Below are positions 12,134 through 26,034 of a DNA stretch of 56,644 bases, in pieces. Source of the stretch: Nemertoderma westbladi (taxonomy: Eukaryota; Animalia; Xenacoelomorpha). How positions within the stretch are numbered: position 1 is the first letter of the stretch; each line of letters opens with the position of its first letter. The DNA is taken from contig JAUCBJ010006940.1 in NCBI GenBank assembly GCA_032718475.1, positions 1 to 56,644 on the forward strand, written 5' to 3'. A program made the position numbers and the translations under genes. The notes beneath the pieces are model-generated. The model had not been told where the DNA came from. It made no database searches and saw only the letters and a list, made by a program, of their open reading frames with translations.

Positions 12134-15100
12134 GAAATCTGGTTTTCGTGATACTGAGAATTACAGAAAGGGGCCAAACGAAAGTTACAAACCACCTAAT
12201 AATGTTCAATTTTCATCATCTTCGACCAATTCAGACTGTTCTGTTAAAAATAAGACTATATCAGATAATTATACAATTAATGTAAATCACACTATGATGA
12301 ATGTTGACGACTTTACTGTTTTCCACACTGCTACTGTAAAAATGAGAAGACCAAATTCTGAAACCAGTGTAATGGCAAGAATACTACTAGATTGTTGTTC
12401 CAATAAAACATATATTTCAGAACAGAAGGCTAAAGATTTGTCAATGGAAAAACTTGGACAACAAGTTCTATCTACAAAAGTGTTTGGAACAAAGAAATTA
12501 ATGACTGTTTTTTCAGAATTCGGTGAAATTGAAATATTTTTGAATGACGGATCAACAAAGTTGATGACTGTAAACACACATCCTGAACTCACAGGAGATA
12601 TAATTCGTGAGGAGTTAAGTGATGAAGATATGCAAATTATCATGAAATATCCACGAGAACTACTGGGTGATGAATTAAATAAGGAAAGGGAGATGATTTG
12701 CCCAGATATATTGGTTGGCATGGATTACTTTTGGGATTTCTTCAGACCAAAGAGATGTGAGAAAGAAATTGAATTGCCATCTGGAATGTTACTTATGCCT
12801 TCTACTCTTGGTTTACTTCTTGGTGGGTCATCTGAAAATGGACTATACTTACAGAGAGGGGAATCTGCACAAACTTTTTTTGCTTCATCAATGAACAGTT
12901 CTATGCATGTTCCATATTTAGAGATTGATAGTAGCGATCGTCCAACTTACGAAGAGCCAGATTTATCACGATTTTGGAATTTAGAAGCAGTCGGAATTAA
13001 TGATGATGCTATTGCTAAAGACGACACAGAAATAGACAAACTTCAAAAAAACATTGTAGTTAGAAATGGCCGCTATCATGTTGGTTGGCCATGGAAAGAT
13101 ACAAATCCTAAATTGCCCACAAATTACGGTTTAGCACATGGAAGGTTAAATTCATTATCACGTCGTCTATTGAAAGATATACCTTTATTACATGGCTATT
13201 CAGATATAATAGTAAAGCAACTGGAAAATGGAATGATAGAAAAGGTTGATATGATGGATAGTGAAAGTAAAGATGATGACTCAAAGTTAGTACACTATTT
13301 ACCTCATCATCCCGTGTTCAAACTGGATTCCGAAACTACTCCAATAAGAATGGTGTATGATGCATCCTCAAAGGCACATAAATCATTGAATAGTCTAAAT
13401 GATTGTCTAGTTAGTGGTCCCAACCTTGTCGTTAATTTAACTGGACAGTTATTTCGATTTCGCTTATGTAATATTGCTATATTAAGTGATGTAGAAAAGG
13501 CCTTTTTGAACATAGGCCTCCATGACAAAGATCGCAATGTATGTCGATTCTTATGGTTTAAAGATATGTCTAACCCTGTCATGAAAGATAACATTCAATG
13601 CTATAGATTTACACGAGTCCCATTTGGCATAATATCCAGTTTATTTCTATTACTCGGTGTAATTTATGTTCATCTTGCAATGTATGCTGTAAAACATGAA
13701 GATCAAAGGGTTTTATGTGAAGAAATACATGATAATATGTATGTAGACAATGTTTTGCTGTCCTCAAATACACCTGCAGAAGGGTATGTTAAATATATTG
13801 AATCCAAACGGTGCTTCTCAGATGCATCACTCAATCTCAGACAATTCATTTCAAATTCTGTGGAATTAATGAATCAAATACCCCCTCAAGACACTTGTGA
13901 TAACTCTATTGTTAAAATATTAGGACTGACAGGGGATACTGATGCTGATACAATTGCCATTCGAACTGTTAATGCATTAAAATGCAATGATAAATTAACT
14001 AAACAAAAATTGATAAATATGGTAGCTAGTTTTTTCGATCCACTTGGCCTATGGTCACCTTCGTCCTTAATGGGAAAATTATTATTTCAGAAATCATGGA
14101 CCTTAGGAAGAAACTATGATTGGGATAAGGTACTACCATCTGAGTATCAAGAAGAATGGAAAAATTGTGTCATGGCAATGAAAAGTGTAGGATTCAAATT
14201 TCCACGAAGAATTTTTAGTGATGATAAAGATATAGTTAAAGATATACGATATCAATTGATTTCCTTTACAGATGCATCAAATTTAGCATATGGGACAGCA
14301 ATTTATGTTAGAAGGTGTAGTAACAAAACTATTGAAACTAATTTACTTTATGCAAAATCGTGTTTGGCGCCATTGCCAAAGGTAAAGGCTACTGGAGATG
14401 GTAAGGTCAAAGTATCAACTCCTAGACTGGAATTAGTAGCAATTGAAACTGGTATTAAATGCTTACAATTTGTGATAAAACATTCCAACCTTGGATTCAC
14501 TGATATTTATTTGTATTCTGACTCACAATGTGCTTTGCACTGGGTGCAATCTACGAAACCAATGAAAATATTTGTTTCGGACAGAGTTAAAGAAATAAAG
14601 AAATTAACCGCTGTAATTTATCAGTATGTACCAACTGATCAGAACCCCGCTGATCTATTAACACGTGGTGTAACATCAGAGGCTCTGTGTAACATGAAAT
14701 TTTGGTGGAATGGTCCCAACTGGCTCGTTAAGAATGAATCATTTTGGCCAAAATTATGTATGAACCCTATTAAGAAAGAAGTTGAAATTGCAATATCAAT
14801 AGAACATGCCGATATTACTTCAATACATAAAGTATTTGCATTGTCAACCTCATATCCATTAGATATGGATCCTACCAGATACTCATCATACATTCAATTA
14901 TTGCATGTTACAGCTTTTGCATTGCGTTTTATAGCAAAAAGGATGAAGAACAATGTTAAAATTAGAAATATGTTTAACCATATTACACTAGATAGAAATA
15001 TTCATACCAGTGAAGTTGTTATTGCTGAGGCATTATGGATAAAAACAATGCAGAGAATACATTATAAAGATGTAATAGAAGATATTATTACTAAGAAATC

Positions 15101-16604
15101 AAACACTTTGGTTAATCAACTAGGCATATTTATTGATAAAAACAAAATGCTTAGATGTTCCGGACGTTTTCCTTTTACAGAGGGTTGCTTAGAAAGCAAT
15201 TTTCCACTATTGTTGGCAAAATCCGAATATGTGACAAAACTGATTATTCTGGAGACACATGAATTGATAATGCATGGACGAGTTAATCATACTCTAAGTG
15301 AACTCCGGAAAAGATATTGGATTCCACAAGGACGCTCCTTAGTACGTCAGATATTGAAATCATGTTATGTATGTAAACATTATGGAAATGGTCCCTATAG
15401 ACTACCTGTATTTAGTCGTTTACCGGATGAGCGAATGGAGGGTTACAAACCTCCCTTTAGTATGACTGCCTTAGATTATTTTGGGCATATATTTACCAAG
15501 AGCTATAAAACAGATGGGGAAAAGGACAAGGTATGGGTATGCTTGTATACCTGCTTGGTTACAAGAGCTATTCACTTAGAATTGGTACCTGATATGTCTG
15601 CTATAGAATTCCTTTTGGCCCTTCAACGATTCTGTTCACGAAGAGGATATCCTAAAAGTATCCTATCTGACAATGCATCTCAATTCCTTCTAGCTGATCT
15701 TGTCCTTAATGATTTCTGGGATAAATTAATGTTAGATGATGATCTTTCCGGATATCTTACAAAGCGGAGAATTAAATGGAAGAACATCCCAGAACTATCA
15801 CCTTGGCAAGGTGGAATATATGAAAGGCTTGTTGGAGTTGTAAGGACAGTTATGAGAAAGAGTATAGGAAGGAAACTTTTATATGTTCATCAATTACAAA
15901 CTATATTGTGTCAAATTGAATATATGATCAACAGTAGACCTTTGACTTATATATCTAGTGAAATTGATGATAAGAGGGTAATTACTCCAAATGATCTACT
16001 AATTCCAGGACATACTAAATTTATTCAACTATTTGAAGATCATAATGATGATGATGATACTGATTATCTACCGAAAGACTCAAGTGTGATGGAAGTTAGG
16101 ACAAGTGTTAAGAAACAAAACGAAATATTAAATGACTTTTGGTCGCGATGGAATAGAGATTATCTGGATATGTTGATGGAGAGAAATACTATATACGATC
16201 ATAAACACAAGAAGATTAATATTCGTAGCATTCCTTCAATTGGAGAAGTGGTATTACTAAAACAAGATGGAACTTCCAGGTGTTTCTGGAAAACTGTGAT
16301 TATTCATGAACTTAATCACAGTAAAGATGGTGAAATCCGTTCTGTACAGGTGATGACCCCCAAAAAGAAAATACTAACTCGACCCATAAGCTTATTATAT
16401 CCATTGGAACTCACAATTGAAGATAAACGAAACAAGAGCAATGAAAAGAATCAAAGCGATTCGGATGGTAACAAACATATTGCAAATAGACCAGTGAGGG
16501 AATCAGCAATTAAATGTAAGAAACGTATTAGAGATTTGTTACAATCAGATATATTGTTCTCCTTCTGTGGTGGGGAATGTCGTGAACTCAATAAAAGTAC
16601 TTAA
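12134..16604 (+). CDS. BEL/Pao pol: aspartic protease, RT, RNase H, integrase (uninterrupted frame)
   Basis: ILLDCCSNKTYI, YLPHHPV, SDVEKAF, RVPFG, MYVDN, FTDAS, PRLEL, DSQ, NPADLLTRG, H-H-C-C, SDNASQF, YERLVG, DUF5641-type C-terminus. Confidence 0.95.
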
Positions 16605-16935
16605 TCTTATTCACGATTTTAGTAGATTACATTTGGTGTTGGGGGGCTATTTCGTGTCGGAAAGTATTTTTATATTTTGATAGATGTATTAGGTTGTGTT
16701 GATATATTATTACTACTGTACCCCTTTTTTATTGTTGTTATCAGACTGCTATACTGCAGTACTGTCATATTGTTATCAGTGATTGGTGTAGATTGATGTA
16801 GTGCAGTAGTGCTATTATTTTTATGTACCACGGTCCTTATTACTACGGTACTAAATTTAGAATGCAGAATTGAGATATCTAAATACTGAAACTGCTGAAA
16901 TGTTTTTATATCCGAACCACTATGGGTTCGTGACA
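16578..16935 (+). repeat. 3' LTR of BEL/Pao element 1
   Basis: Direct repeat of 4715-5072, preceded by polypurine tract. Confidence 0.97.
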
Positions 16936-17601
16936 TACATCGCTGTTTGAGTACACCTGGATTGGCTCCCCATTCAGTGATACACGTACCGTGACTACTC
17001 CATTGTACGAGTAGGCAGAGTGTAGCCGTTGGGTTTTTTTCATTTTCAGTGCATAGTGAAGGACAGCCGATCGACGCGGGGTTAGGTGGTCCGTCATATA
17101 AACACCTTCCGGAAGTGCTTTACGATTACCAAATGCTACCCAGCGCGACGAATGGCCGTAAAAACGAACAATAATGGGGCGAAACTTTATATTGACCTCG
17201 CTAGTATGGGGCTTTGGTTTCCCCAGACAGTGAAAAACATCAACTGAGTTGATGTGTATACCTAGGCTAGATAGTATACCTGTAATCTGTTCATGATCTT
17301 TGGTCCTCGTAGTCCCAGTACTGTTTCCGGTACCGGTATCTTCGTGAATCCTGTGGAAGAGTATCGAGTGGCGCCGCTCGTACTGGTCCAGATCATCAAT
17401 GGTTATCGCCTGAGCTGCAATTTCCTTCTTTAAGGATATATTATCCTTCTTTAGAGTTTCGTTTTCCTTTATCAACATGGGGATGCTGTCTAATTGCGAT
17501 TTAATCAGTTTAACGTCGTCGTCTAATGTATCGAATTTCGATTCGATCAGTTCTTTTAATTTTTCAATCGCCGTAGCCCAGTTGTCGCCCTTGGGACCCA
17601 T
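16936..17601 (-). CDS. LINE ORF1 (coiled coil + RRM/CTD type), interrupted
   Basis: Heptad region then DDLDQYERR, PIIVRF, GVYMTDHLT, HSAYSYNG motifs typical of CR1/L2-group ORF1. Confidence 0.85.
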
Positions 17602-19993
17602 TATTATACAATTGTTCAGTTGTAAGTTAAGTCAGTGAGTGTGTAGCATGTACATGTAAGACTGTACAATCAGTCAGTCAGCAGTCAGGCAGTTTATCCT
17701 GTCATCGCAGTAAAAAAATACCTAGCGAATCTACTCGTTAAATATGAGCCTTGTCGTACCGTGGGATCACGGAATCTGAATTTATAAATATCTACCTTGT
17801 ATATTTATTTATTGTATGTTTTTGTATGTTATCATCTTGTAAATTTAAGGTCAGGTCTAATATACGTTGATAAAATGGCACATATGTAAAATATATATTT
17901 TATATTTTTCCCCTTGGGTTTATCATTAAAAGAAAAGTTATAACTAATTTAATAAAATTAAACATTTATAAATTACATACAAAATTAATTGGGCTATAAA
18001 TAAATATATTAATCAATAGTCTTTCAGAAATTTATAAATATATTTTTTAGAAAACATTACTTACTTAACTAAATATAGAATAATAACTGGAACACAATTC
18101 AATTAAATCACATCAATTCAACAGAATATAAAAACAAATATTAAAAAGTAATGAATAGGGTTAGCTCACAATAATGATGCTACAATAATTATTAGCTGAA
18201 CATCAGACTTGGTTTCCTGTCACCGTTCCATATCTGTGTTACATATGAATGTAAGTATAGGAACGAACCCGCTGTGTATCCAATACAGAGACCCGAGGTT
18301 TACCTAGTCTGTAACCAATCCACTGATAGTTGTAATTAATGCTAAATATATCCTTTATAAGGATATAAATAGCTGAACTGGTGTTTTTGGGTGCAGAATG
18401 GAGTGCGATTGTCCAAACAGAGTTGATAGTTTAGTAACACGGACGGACGTACAATGACATAGGGTTGTCGGGTAACTTTAGGGAAACCACAACCAGCCAC
18501 AGTGGGACCGAGATAATTAGAATAGATTAGATAAACATATAACATTATAGTAGTTCTGAATGGGAACCAACTCCGTTACACTCATTGTAAACCAATGTTT
18601 TATTGGTTAAATAATATAACCAATGGGAACCTCTGAGTTATAATTAGAACGTTTTATTAGTAGATGGTCCAGGTTTGTATCTACCAAAGAGACGTAGCAG
18701 ATACACAGGTATTACTCGAATACACAATACAGATAATATGGGAATAAAATCGAACAAAAACTAATTGAGGAAAATCAATTGAGGGAAATTTATATCATTA
18801 TTGTATTTATATCTGATATAAATTAATTATTTTAGATCTAATTTTAGCGAAAATTGCGAGCTCTCCCTATGCAAAATAATTAAATCTTTATTATTATTTA
18901 TAATTTAAATAAAGTTATAAAATTCCCATAATATAAATTATTACATAAACCTATTTATAATACTGGCCCTCAACATCAATACTATTAAATATTTTCGGTA
19001 ACTGAATATAATATTCTGTAAGATACGGGATTGAACTGGTGTTATTCAATCAATTGATCTGATCTTCTTTTGAATACTTAGTATAGTTTGAGTTTAGAAC
19101 ATCGGAACTACTGTCTGTGTGTAGGGTTGGATTACTTTATTGGGATGTTATTTGTTAAATTGTTGATTTGTTATAATTAAGTTTCTCTTCTCTGATATTC
19201 CAATATTATATATATAATAATCTGCTTCTGTTTTCTTATAATCCAAATGGCATCTTGTTTGGTTTGCGATTATTCTGTAAATATAGGAATTAAATAGGTC
19301 CATAAAATTTTCATATTATTGAAACTTTTTTTATGTTACATTTCTTTATATAATATGTAATTTATTTCGAATATGCATCAAACAATACCCCCCACCAACA
19401 GACTACATGTATTAATTGACCAAGTAGAAAAGGGCGGGAAATTTAAAACTATCATTATGATAGGCCCTAGTGATATAAGGCGGTAAATTTAAAACGATTT
19501 CAACATTGAAACTAATTCAATACAACTAAATAGTACAGTAATAATTTTAAGGAACATTTCTAAAGGATAAATTTATTCAAGACTGAAAACAAAGATTAGT
19601 ACTGGAGGACTTTGTGACTCAATGTATCTCACCTTATTATATCGAAGATTCAACTCCTTAAATAATTCGGATTGTTGGTCTAGTTGGAATATAAGATATG
19701 TTGCCGAAATCTCAATGTTAAATAATAATGTGTCAGAGTTGAACTGAAGTTGTTGATTTAGAAGTCAAGAGGTGATACTTGTCTGGAAAATAGCAAAACG
19801 GAAATGATTTCGTATAAAAATTGATTAGCTTATCCAATAATTAATTTTTAACGAATTCGTTTATTTAATTTTTCACTCACCAAAATGTAAAATAATCGTA
19901 ATTTTTATCTTAAGTATTTCCCTAAGTTCTAAACAGAGACATTATTAGTGAATAATGGTTCTGGGGTTGGTTATTCAACTCAATGTAACTCAC

Positions 19994-20086
19994 CGACGAC
20001 ATATTGAAGCTTGTCTTACTGGATCTATCGGAGATTTTGAGCTAATTTCATTGAGTTGTAGATTTGGAAACCTTCTAGATAATTGT
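19994..20086 (-). other. Candidate small exon (QLSRRFPNLQ...SICRR)
   Basis: TTTCAG acceptor, GTGAGT donor, 93 nt, open only in phase 2; more exon-like segments at about 19880-19930, 19632-19783 and 19148-19274. Confidence 0.35.
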
Positions 20087-20471
20087 CTGAAATATAACAA
20101 AAATAAAATATTTTGATTTCATAACTTTAATTTGCTCATCTAACAGCTTAGTTTAACAAACTCTGTGCAACAAATTAATAAACACTTAGTCTGTTGTTGT
20201 TATTTAATAGCAAAAACCAATACCGGTACCATTATAGAGGTAGGACAAGTAACTAAGTCATTGTATATGTTATCCCCGACTGCTATACTTACTTTAGTAT
20301 TTATTTAGTTAGTGGCGACCGACTGGGTTCCTTCATTAAATTTACTAAATTGTGTTTCTTTTTGCGGCAGACTTAATCTATAAATAAATTAGGAATAATA
20401 AATGTCTAAATGGCAGTTTAATGGAAAATTAAATCATTAGCTAAACATCAGCTGGAGAAAACAAACTAACA

Positions 20472-23131
20472 AACGCCGAGCTCTATGGTACTATACCATC
20501 TGTATCAACCACCCTCCGTGAACGCCGAGCTCTATGGTACTATACCATCTGTATCAACCACCCTCCGTGAACGCCGAGCTCTATAGTACTATACCATCTG
20601 TATCAACCACCCTTCGTGAACGCCGAGCTCTATGGTACTATACCATCTGTATCAACCACCCTCCGTGAACGCCGAGCTCTATGGTACTATACCACCTGTA
20701 TCAACCACCCTCCGTGAACGCCGAGCTCTATGGTACTATACCACCTGTATCAACCACCCTCCGTGAACGCCGAGCTCTATGGTACTATACCACCTGTATC
20801 AACCACCCTCCGTGAACGCCGAGCTCTATGGTACTATACCACCTGTATCAACCACCCTCCGTGAACGCCAAGCTCTATGGTACTATACCACCTGTATCAA
20901 CCACCCTCCGTGAACGCCGAGCTCTATGGTACTATACCACCTGTATCAACCACCCTCCGTGAACGCCGAGCTCTATGGTACTATACCACCTGTATCAACC
21001 ACCCTCCGTGAACGCCGAGCTCTATGGTACTATACCATCTGTATCAACCACCCTCCGTGAACGCCGAGCTCTATGGTACTATACCACCTGTATCAACCAC
21101 CCTCCGTGAACGCCGAGCTCTATGGTACTATACCATCTGTATCAACCACCCTCCGTGAACGCCGAGCTCTATGGTACTATACCATCTGTATCAACCACCC
21201 TCCGTGAACGCCGAGCTCTATGGTACTATACCACCTGTATCAACCACCCTCCGTGAACGCCGAGCTCTATGGTACTATACCACCTGTATCAACCACCCTC
21301 CGTGAACGCCGAGCTCTATGGTACTATACCACCTGTACCAACCACCCTCCGTGAACACCCGAGCTCTATGGTACTATACCACCTGTATCAACCACCCTCC
21401 GTGAACGCCGAGCTCTATGGTACTATACCACCTGTATCAACCACCCTCCGTGAACGCCGAGCTCTATGGTACTATACCATCTATATCAACCACCCTCCGT
21501 GAACGCCGAGCTCTATGTTACTATACCACCTGTATCAACCACCCTCCGTGAACGCCGAGCTCTATGGTACTATACCACCTGTATCAACCACCCTCCGTGA
21601 ACGCCGAGCTCTATGGTACTATACCATCTGTATCAACCACCCTCCGTGAACGCCGAGCTCTATGGTACTATACCACCTGTATCAACCACCCTCCGTGAAC
21701 GCCGAGCTCTATGGTACTATACCGCCTGTATCAACCACCCTCTGTGAACGCCGAGCTCTATGGTACTATACCATCTGTATCAACCACCCTCCGTGAACGC
21801 CGAGCTCTATGGTACTATACCATCTGTATCAACCACCCTCCGTGAACGCCGAGCTCTATAGTACTATACCATCTGTATCAACCACCCTTCGTGAACGCCG
21901 AGCTCTATGGTACTATACCATCTGTATCAACCACCCTCCGTGAACGCCGAGCTCTATGGTACTATACCACCTGTATCAACCACCCTCCGTGAACGCCGAG
22001 CTCTATGGTACTATACCACCTGTATCAACCACCCTCCGTGAACGCCGAGCTCTATGGTACTATACCACCTGTATCAACCACCCTCCGTGAACGCCGAGCT
22101 CTATGGTACTATACCACCTGTATCAACCACCCTCCGTGAACGCCAAGCTCTATGGTACTATACCACCTGTATCAACCACCCTCCGTGAACGCCGAGCTCT
22201 ATGGTACTATACCACCTGTATCAACCACCCTCCGTGAACGCCGAGCTCTATGGTACTATACCACCTGTATCAACCACCCTCCGTGAACGCCGAGCTCTAT
22301 GGTACTATACCATCTGTATCAACCACCCTCCGTGAACGCCGAGCTCTATGGTACTATACCACCTGTATCAACCACCCTCCGTGAACGCCGAGCTCTATGG
22401 TACTATACCATCTGTATCAACCACCTTCCGTGAACGCCGAGCTCTATGGTACTATACCATCTGTATCAACCACCCTCCGTGAACGCCGAGCTCTATGGTA
22501 CTATACCACCTGTATCAACCACCCTCCGTGAACGCCGAGCTCTATGGTACTATACCACCTGTATCAACCACCCTCCGTGAACGCCGAGCTCTATGGTACT
22601 ATACCACCTGTACCAACCACCCTCCGTGAACACCCGAGCTCTATGGTACTATACCACCTGTATCAACCACCCTCCGTGAACGCCGAGCTCTATGGTACTA
22701 TACCACCTGTATCAACCACCCTCCGTGAACGCCGAGCTCTATGGTACTATACCATCTATATCAACCACCCTCCGTGAACGCCGAGCTCTATGTTACTATA
22801 CCACCTGTATCAACCACCCTCCGTGAACGCCGAGCTCTATGGTACTATACCACCTGTATCAACCACCCTCCGTGAACGCCGAGCTCTATGGTACTATACC
22901 ATCTGTATCAACCACCCTCCGTGAACGCCGAGCTCTATGGTACTATACCACCTGTATCAACCACCCTCCGTGAACGCCGAGCTCTATGGTACTATACCGC
23001 CTGTATCAACCACCCTCTGTGAACGCCGAGCTCTATGGTACTATACCATCTGTATCAACCACCCTCCGTGAACGCCGAGCTCTATGGTACTATACCATCT
23101 GTATCAACCACCCTCCGTGAACGCCGAGCTC
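20472..23131. repeat. 49-bp satellite, about 54 copies (left block)
   Basis: Unit GAACGCCGAGCTCTATGGTACTATACCACCTGTATCAACCACCCTCCGT. Confidence 0.98.
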
Positions 23132-23307
23132 TTTTTTTTTTTTTTTTTTTTTATTTATTTTTTTTTAATTATTTAATTCAGCAAAGTTATAAAGCCATAG
23201 AGTAAAAACTAGAGCACAACCGTAAGGAATATGTAAGTACAGACATTAATAAATATGATAACTAAATATAATATAAATGGAGTAAGATACATACATACAA
23301 GGGGCCG

Positions 23308-24798
23308 TTATTTACAATAAATATTAAAAGACTCAAACAGGGCTGAAGAAGGACGGCAACAAAACCTTACAGCACCGATCAAAGAGTTAGATGATTTATT
23401 AATACGAAGGTAAAGACTGCTTAATGAGTTACGATGTATTTGCACCAAAGAACGGATATTTAAATTAACAAGCATCTGGCTGGCGCTGGAAATTTCATCG
23501 GTTTCGGAGTTGTACAGTCGAATACCAAACAAGTTCCGCACGGCTCTATTTAAGGCAGCACAAATCTTATTGAAATTTGAAATGGAATAAAAGCGCCGCG
23601 ACCATAAAGCATTACAATAAATATTGGAGCAATAACTATTAAAAAGAACACATTTCACCTCAGTGGAGCAATTACTAAATTTCCTACTAAGCATATTTGC
23701 ACGTCCGTAAAATTTTCTTAGCTGAGCCAAAATATCGGCGTCGTCCGAGAAGTCTGACGTCAAGATATGGCCCAGATAGGAAAACGAGTCAACCCTTTCG
23801 AGTGGCTTGCCATATAATGAAATATTAGGACGTGTAGAAAAAGGCCGCAGCTTACTGTAGATAAACATGCACTTTGATTTTTTCGTGTTAAAAATCATAT
23901 TATTGCGAGAAGCAAAATTACTGCAAATATCGACCAAAAATTGCAACGCACAAGGATTTGATGCAATAAGACATATATCATCAGCATAGAAAGTGTGGTT
24001 CAGACAGACATCAAGGAGGGCACAGCCAATATTAGAACCGGACAGTTCTAAGCTGAGAGTGTCGATAAAAATGTTAAAAAAGCGAGGCGACAAAATGCTT
24101 CCTTGTCTTACCCCATTACAGCAATAAAATTTATCGGACGTACAACCATTCCAGAAAACTTGCATAGATTGGTTGGCATACCAGAAAATAATTATGCATA
24201 AAATAAATAACGGAATTTTACGTTCGAAAAGGCGTCTAAAAAGAAGACCATGATCTACTTTGTCGAACGCTTTGGAGGCGTCGAGAAAGCAGAGAAAAAT
24301 ATTAGAGCCATGCAACAAGTAGAAATTAATTAATTCCTTTAATGTATAAATACATGTTTCGGTTCCTACTGAGTCCTTGAAACCAAATTGGTTGTCAGAG
24401 GTACAGAGAAGGTGGTCAATGCGAGATAATATTAAAAATTCGTACAATTTACTTAAAACATTGGCGGTCGCGATGGGCCTATAATTAGACTTGTCTGTGA
24501 TGTCACCGGATTTATCCTTAACAATGGGCAGGATATTCGATGACAGCAAGGACAAAGGGATAAAACCATGAATATTACAGGTGCTAAAAAACAAAGATAA
24601 AAAAATTAACAAACGATTACTGGCATATATGATGTGCTCCGCAACTAGCCCATCGGGGCCGGATGACTTATTGCACTTTAGGTGAGCGAGACCGAGCCTC
24701 AATTCATCAATAGAAAATATCATATCTTTTGTGTAAGCAATATCCTTTAAAGAACCCTTGATATCGTCGTGTTGGGTGGGAGGAATCGAGTTGAACAC
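23308..24798 (-). CDS. LINE ORF2, RT half
   Basis: NYRPIA, QFGFK, LDASKAFD, NGVRQGSILSP, FYADD, YLG; joins 36719 in frame (FSSV-FNS) to give a 949-aa ORF2. Confidence 0.93.
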   Translation of the reverse strand: MFNSIPPTQHDDIKGSLKDIAYTKDMIFSIDELRLGLAHLKCNKSSGPDGLVAEHIIYASNRLLIFLSLFFSTCNIHGFIPLSLLSSNILPIVKDKSGDITDKSNYRPIATANVLSKLYEFLILSRIDHLLCTSDNQFGFKDSVGTETCIYTLKELINFYLLHGSNIFLCFLDASKAFDKVDHGLLFRRLFERKIPLFILCIIIFWYANQSMQVFWNGCTSDKFYCCNGVRQGSILSPRFFNIFIDTLSLELSGSNIGCALLDVCLNHTFYADDICLIASNPCALQFLVDICSNFASRNNMIFNTKKSKCMFIYSKLRPFSTRPNISLYGKPLERVDSFSYLGHILTSDFSDDADILAQLRKFYGRANMLSRKFSNCSTEVKCVLFNSYCSNIYCNALWSRRFYSISNFNKICAALNRAVRNLFGIRLYNSETDEISSASQMLVNLNIRSLVQIHRNSLSSLYLRINKSSNSLIGAVRFCCRPSSALFESFNIYCK

Positions 24799-26034
24799 TG
24801 TTCGCGCTTTCAGACCTTTGGCAGTTTAACCCGCCAAATTAAGATGTCTTCTAGATATTAAATCGCTTTTTAGCCTATGACAAGTATTTGATTCACTACA
24901 CTAGTCGAAACCAATCTGTGCGCGACCATTCACCCGCTGGATATTCCCGGGAGATTGGGTTCGACGGTTTAATTTTGTTGCTATGTAAGCCTAATGTATT
25001 ATTCGACTGACAGTATTATATAATCTCTGACAATATTATTCACCTTCGGGGAATATTAACAGTTCCTTTAGGACGTGGCGCTTTATCTATATAAACAGAG
25101 TTATGACTTAAACTACTCACAACGATATGGCTTAATTATAATTCACATATATGGCGCATTCTTTAGGAATTGCTTCTTTAACAGACTCACTCATACACAA
25201 TGCTGCACAATACTGCACACTAATCTGCCAATCTTCACTGATTTTAGTCACATATAAAAGGAACACAGACTGACTCATGTAGGGTCTATCAAATAACATT
25301 AGATTCACTTCAAACCACTTTAACATAAGTCACAATCTTTATTGGTAACCTTTCTCTCTTACCTTCGGTATATCAAGAATATTGGGTTTTCGGGGGTTAT
25401 TTCTCGTTATTCCAATATAATAATTCATCAACCAACATAATGAATAACCGACAACAAATAGCAGTATACAGTATCGATTGAGCAGGTAATTTTAGCAGTT
25501 TCAGCAGTTATTACAAGCCGTGTGTCAGCAGTCAGTGTATTCCCAGATCAGTGATTCCATGAGTTTGATCGGTATGTCAGTTAAAGGATATATGCCCTTA
25601 TAATTAAACCTACTAGTGTAAGACTAAAAACTGAAAACACGGAGGTGCCAAAAGCCGGTTCTTAGGCTCTGGGCAAAAACATAACACTGAACTACTGAGT
25701 TTCTGTATATACCTTCAACACAGAGACAACAAACGCTCTGATTGGTCAACCTGAACAACGAGAGAACAGAGAAACAAAGAAACGTCGACGTGGCAATATC
25801 AGCTGCTAGCCGTCGTCATGGTAGCGACACTGTTTTCAAGAGTATCGAGCTTTTACGTCACGGAATTACGGATTATGTCCTCTAAAGTACAAATACAGAA
25901 GAAATAGCTTTTATGTCCGCTAAAACACCAGTACAGCAAGGACACGGCCTTTTTATGCCTGGTAAACCAACTACAGAGTATTTTACGGGAAAAATAAGGA
26001 AAAATAACCGGACAATTCAGCAAAAGCTTTTACA
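24799..26034 (-). repeat. 3' LTR of BEL element 2
   Basis: TG...CA bounded direct repeat of 35478-36713. Confidence 0.97.

Larger units (their letters stand above)
4715..16935 (+). mobile_element. BEL/Pao LTR retrotransposon, full length, with nested Gypsy
   Basis: 358-bp LTRs TG...CA, 5-bp TSD TACAT (4710-4714, 16936-16940), PBS TGGTGCGGTGAC, PPT GGTGGGGAA, gag-PR-RT-RH-IN order. Confidence 0.97.
1..17760 (-). mobile_element. Non-LTR retrotransposon (CR1/L2 group), ORF1 + ORF2, interrupted by BEL/Pao insertion 4715-16935; 3' end runs off the window; 5' boundary approximate
   Basis: ORF1 (17601-16936, rejoining 4709-4587 across TSD TACAT) lies upstream of a PHD-APE-RT ORF2 (3308-9) on the same strand. 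Confidence 0.85.

Noticed and set aside
17760-19140. Possible gene or element in the AT-rich interval
   Set aside because: No ORF, repeat or terminal structure I can support.
20472-23131. CRISPR-like appearance of the 49-bp array (also the 57-, 30- and 35-bp arrays)
   Set aside because: Units are contiguous with no unique spacers, there are no cas genes, and the context is eukaryotic.
25075-25326. Short ORFs repeated three times (also 35754-36005, 51981-52232) and ORFs at 4807-5211 and 16670-16936
   Set aside because: Recurrence is explained by LTR duplication; no protein motifs.
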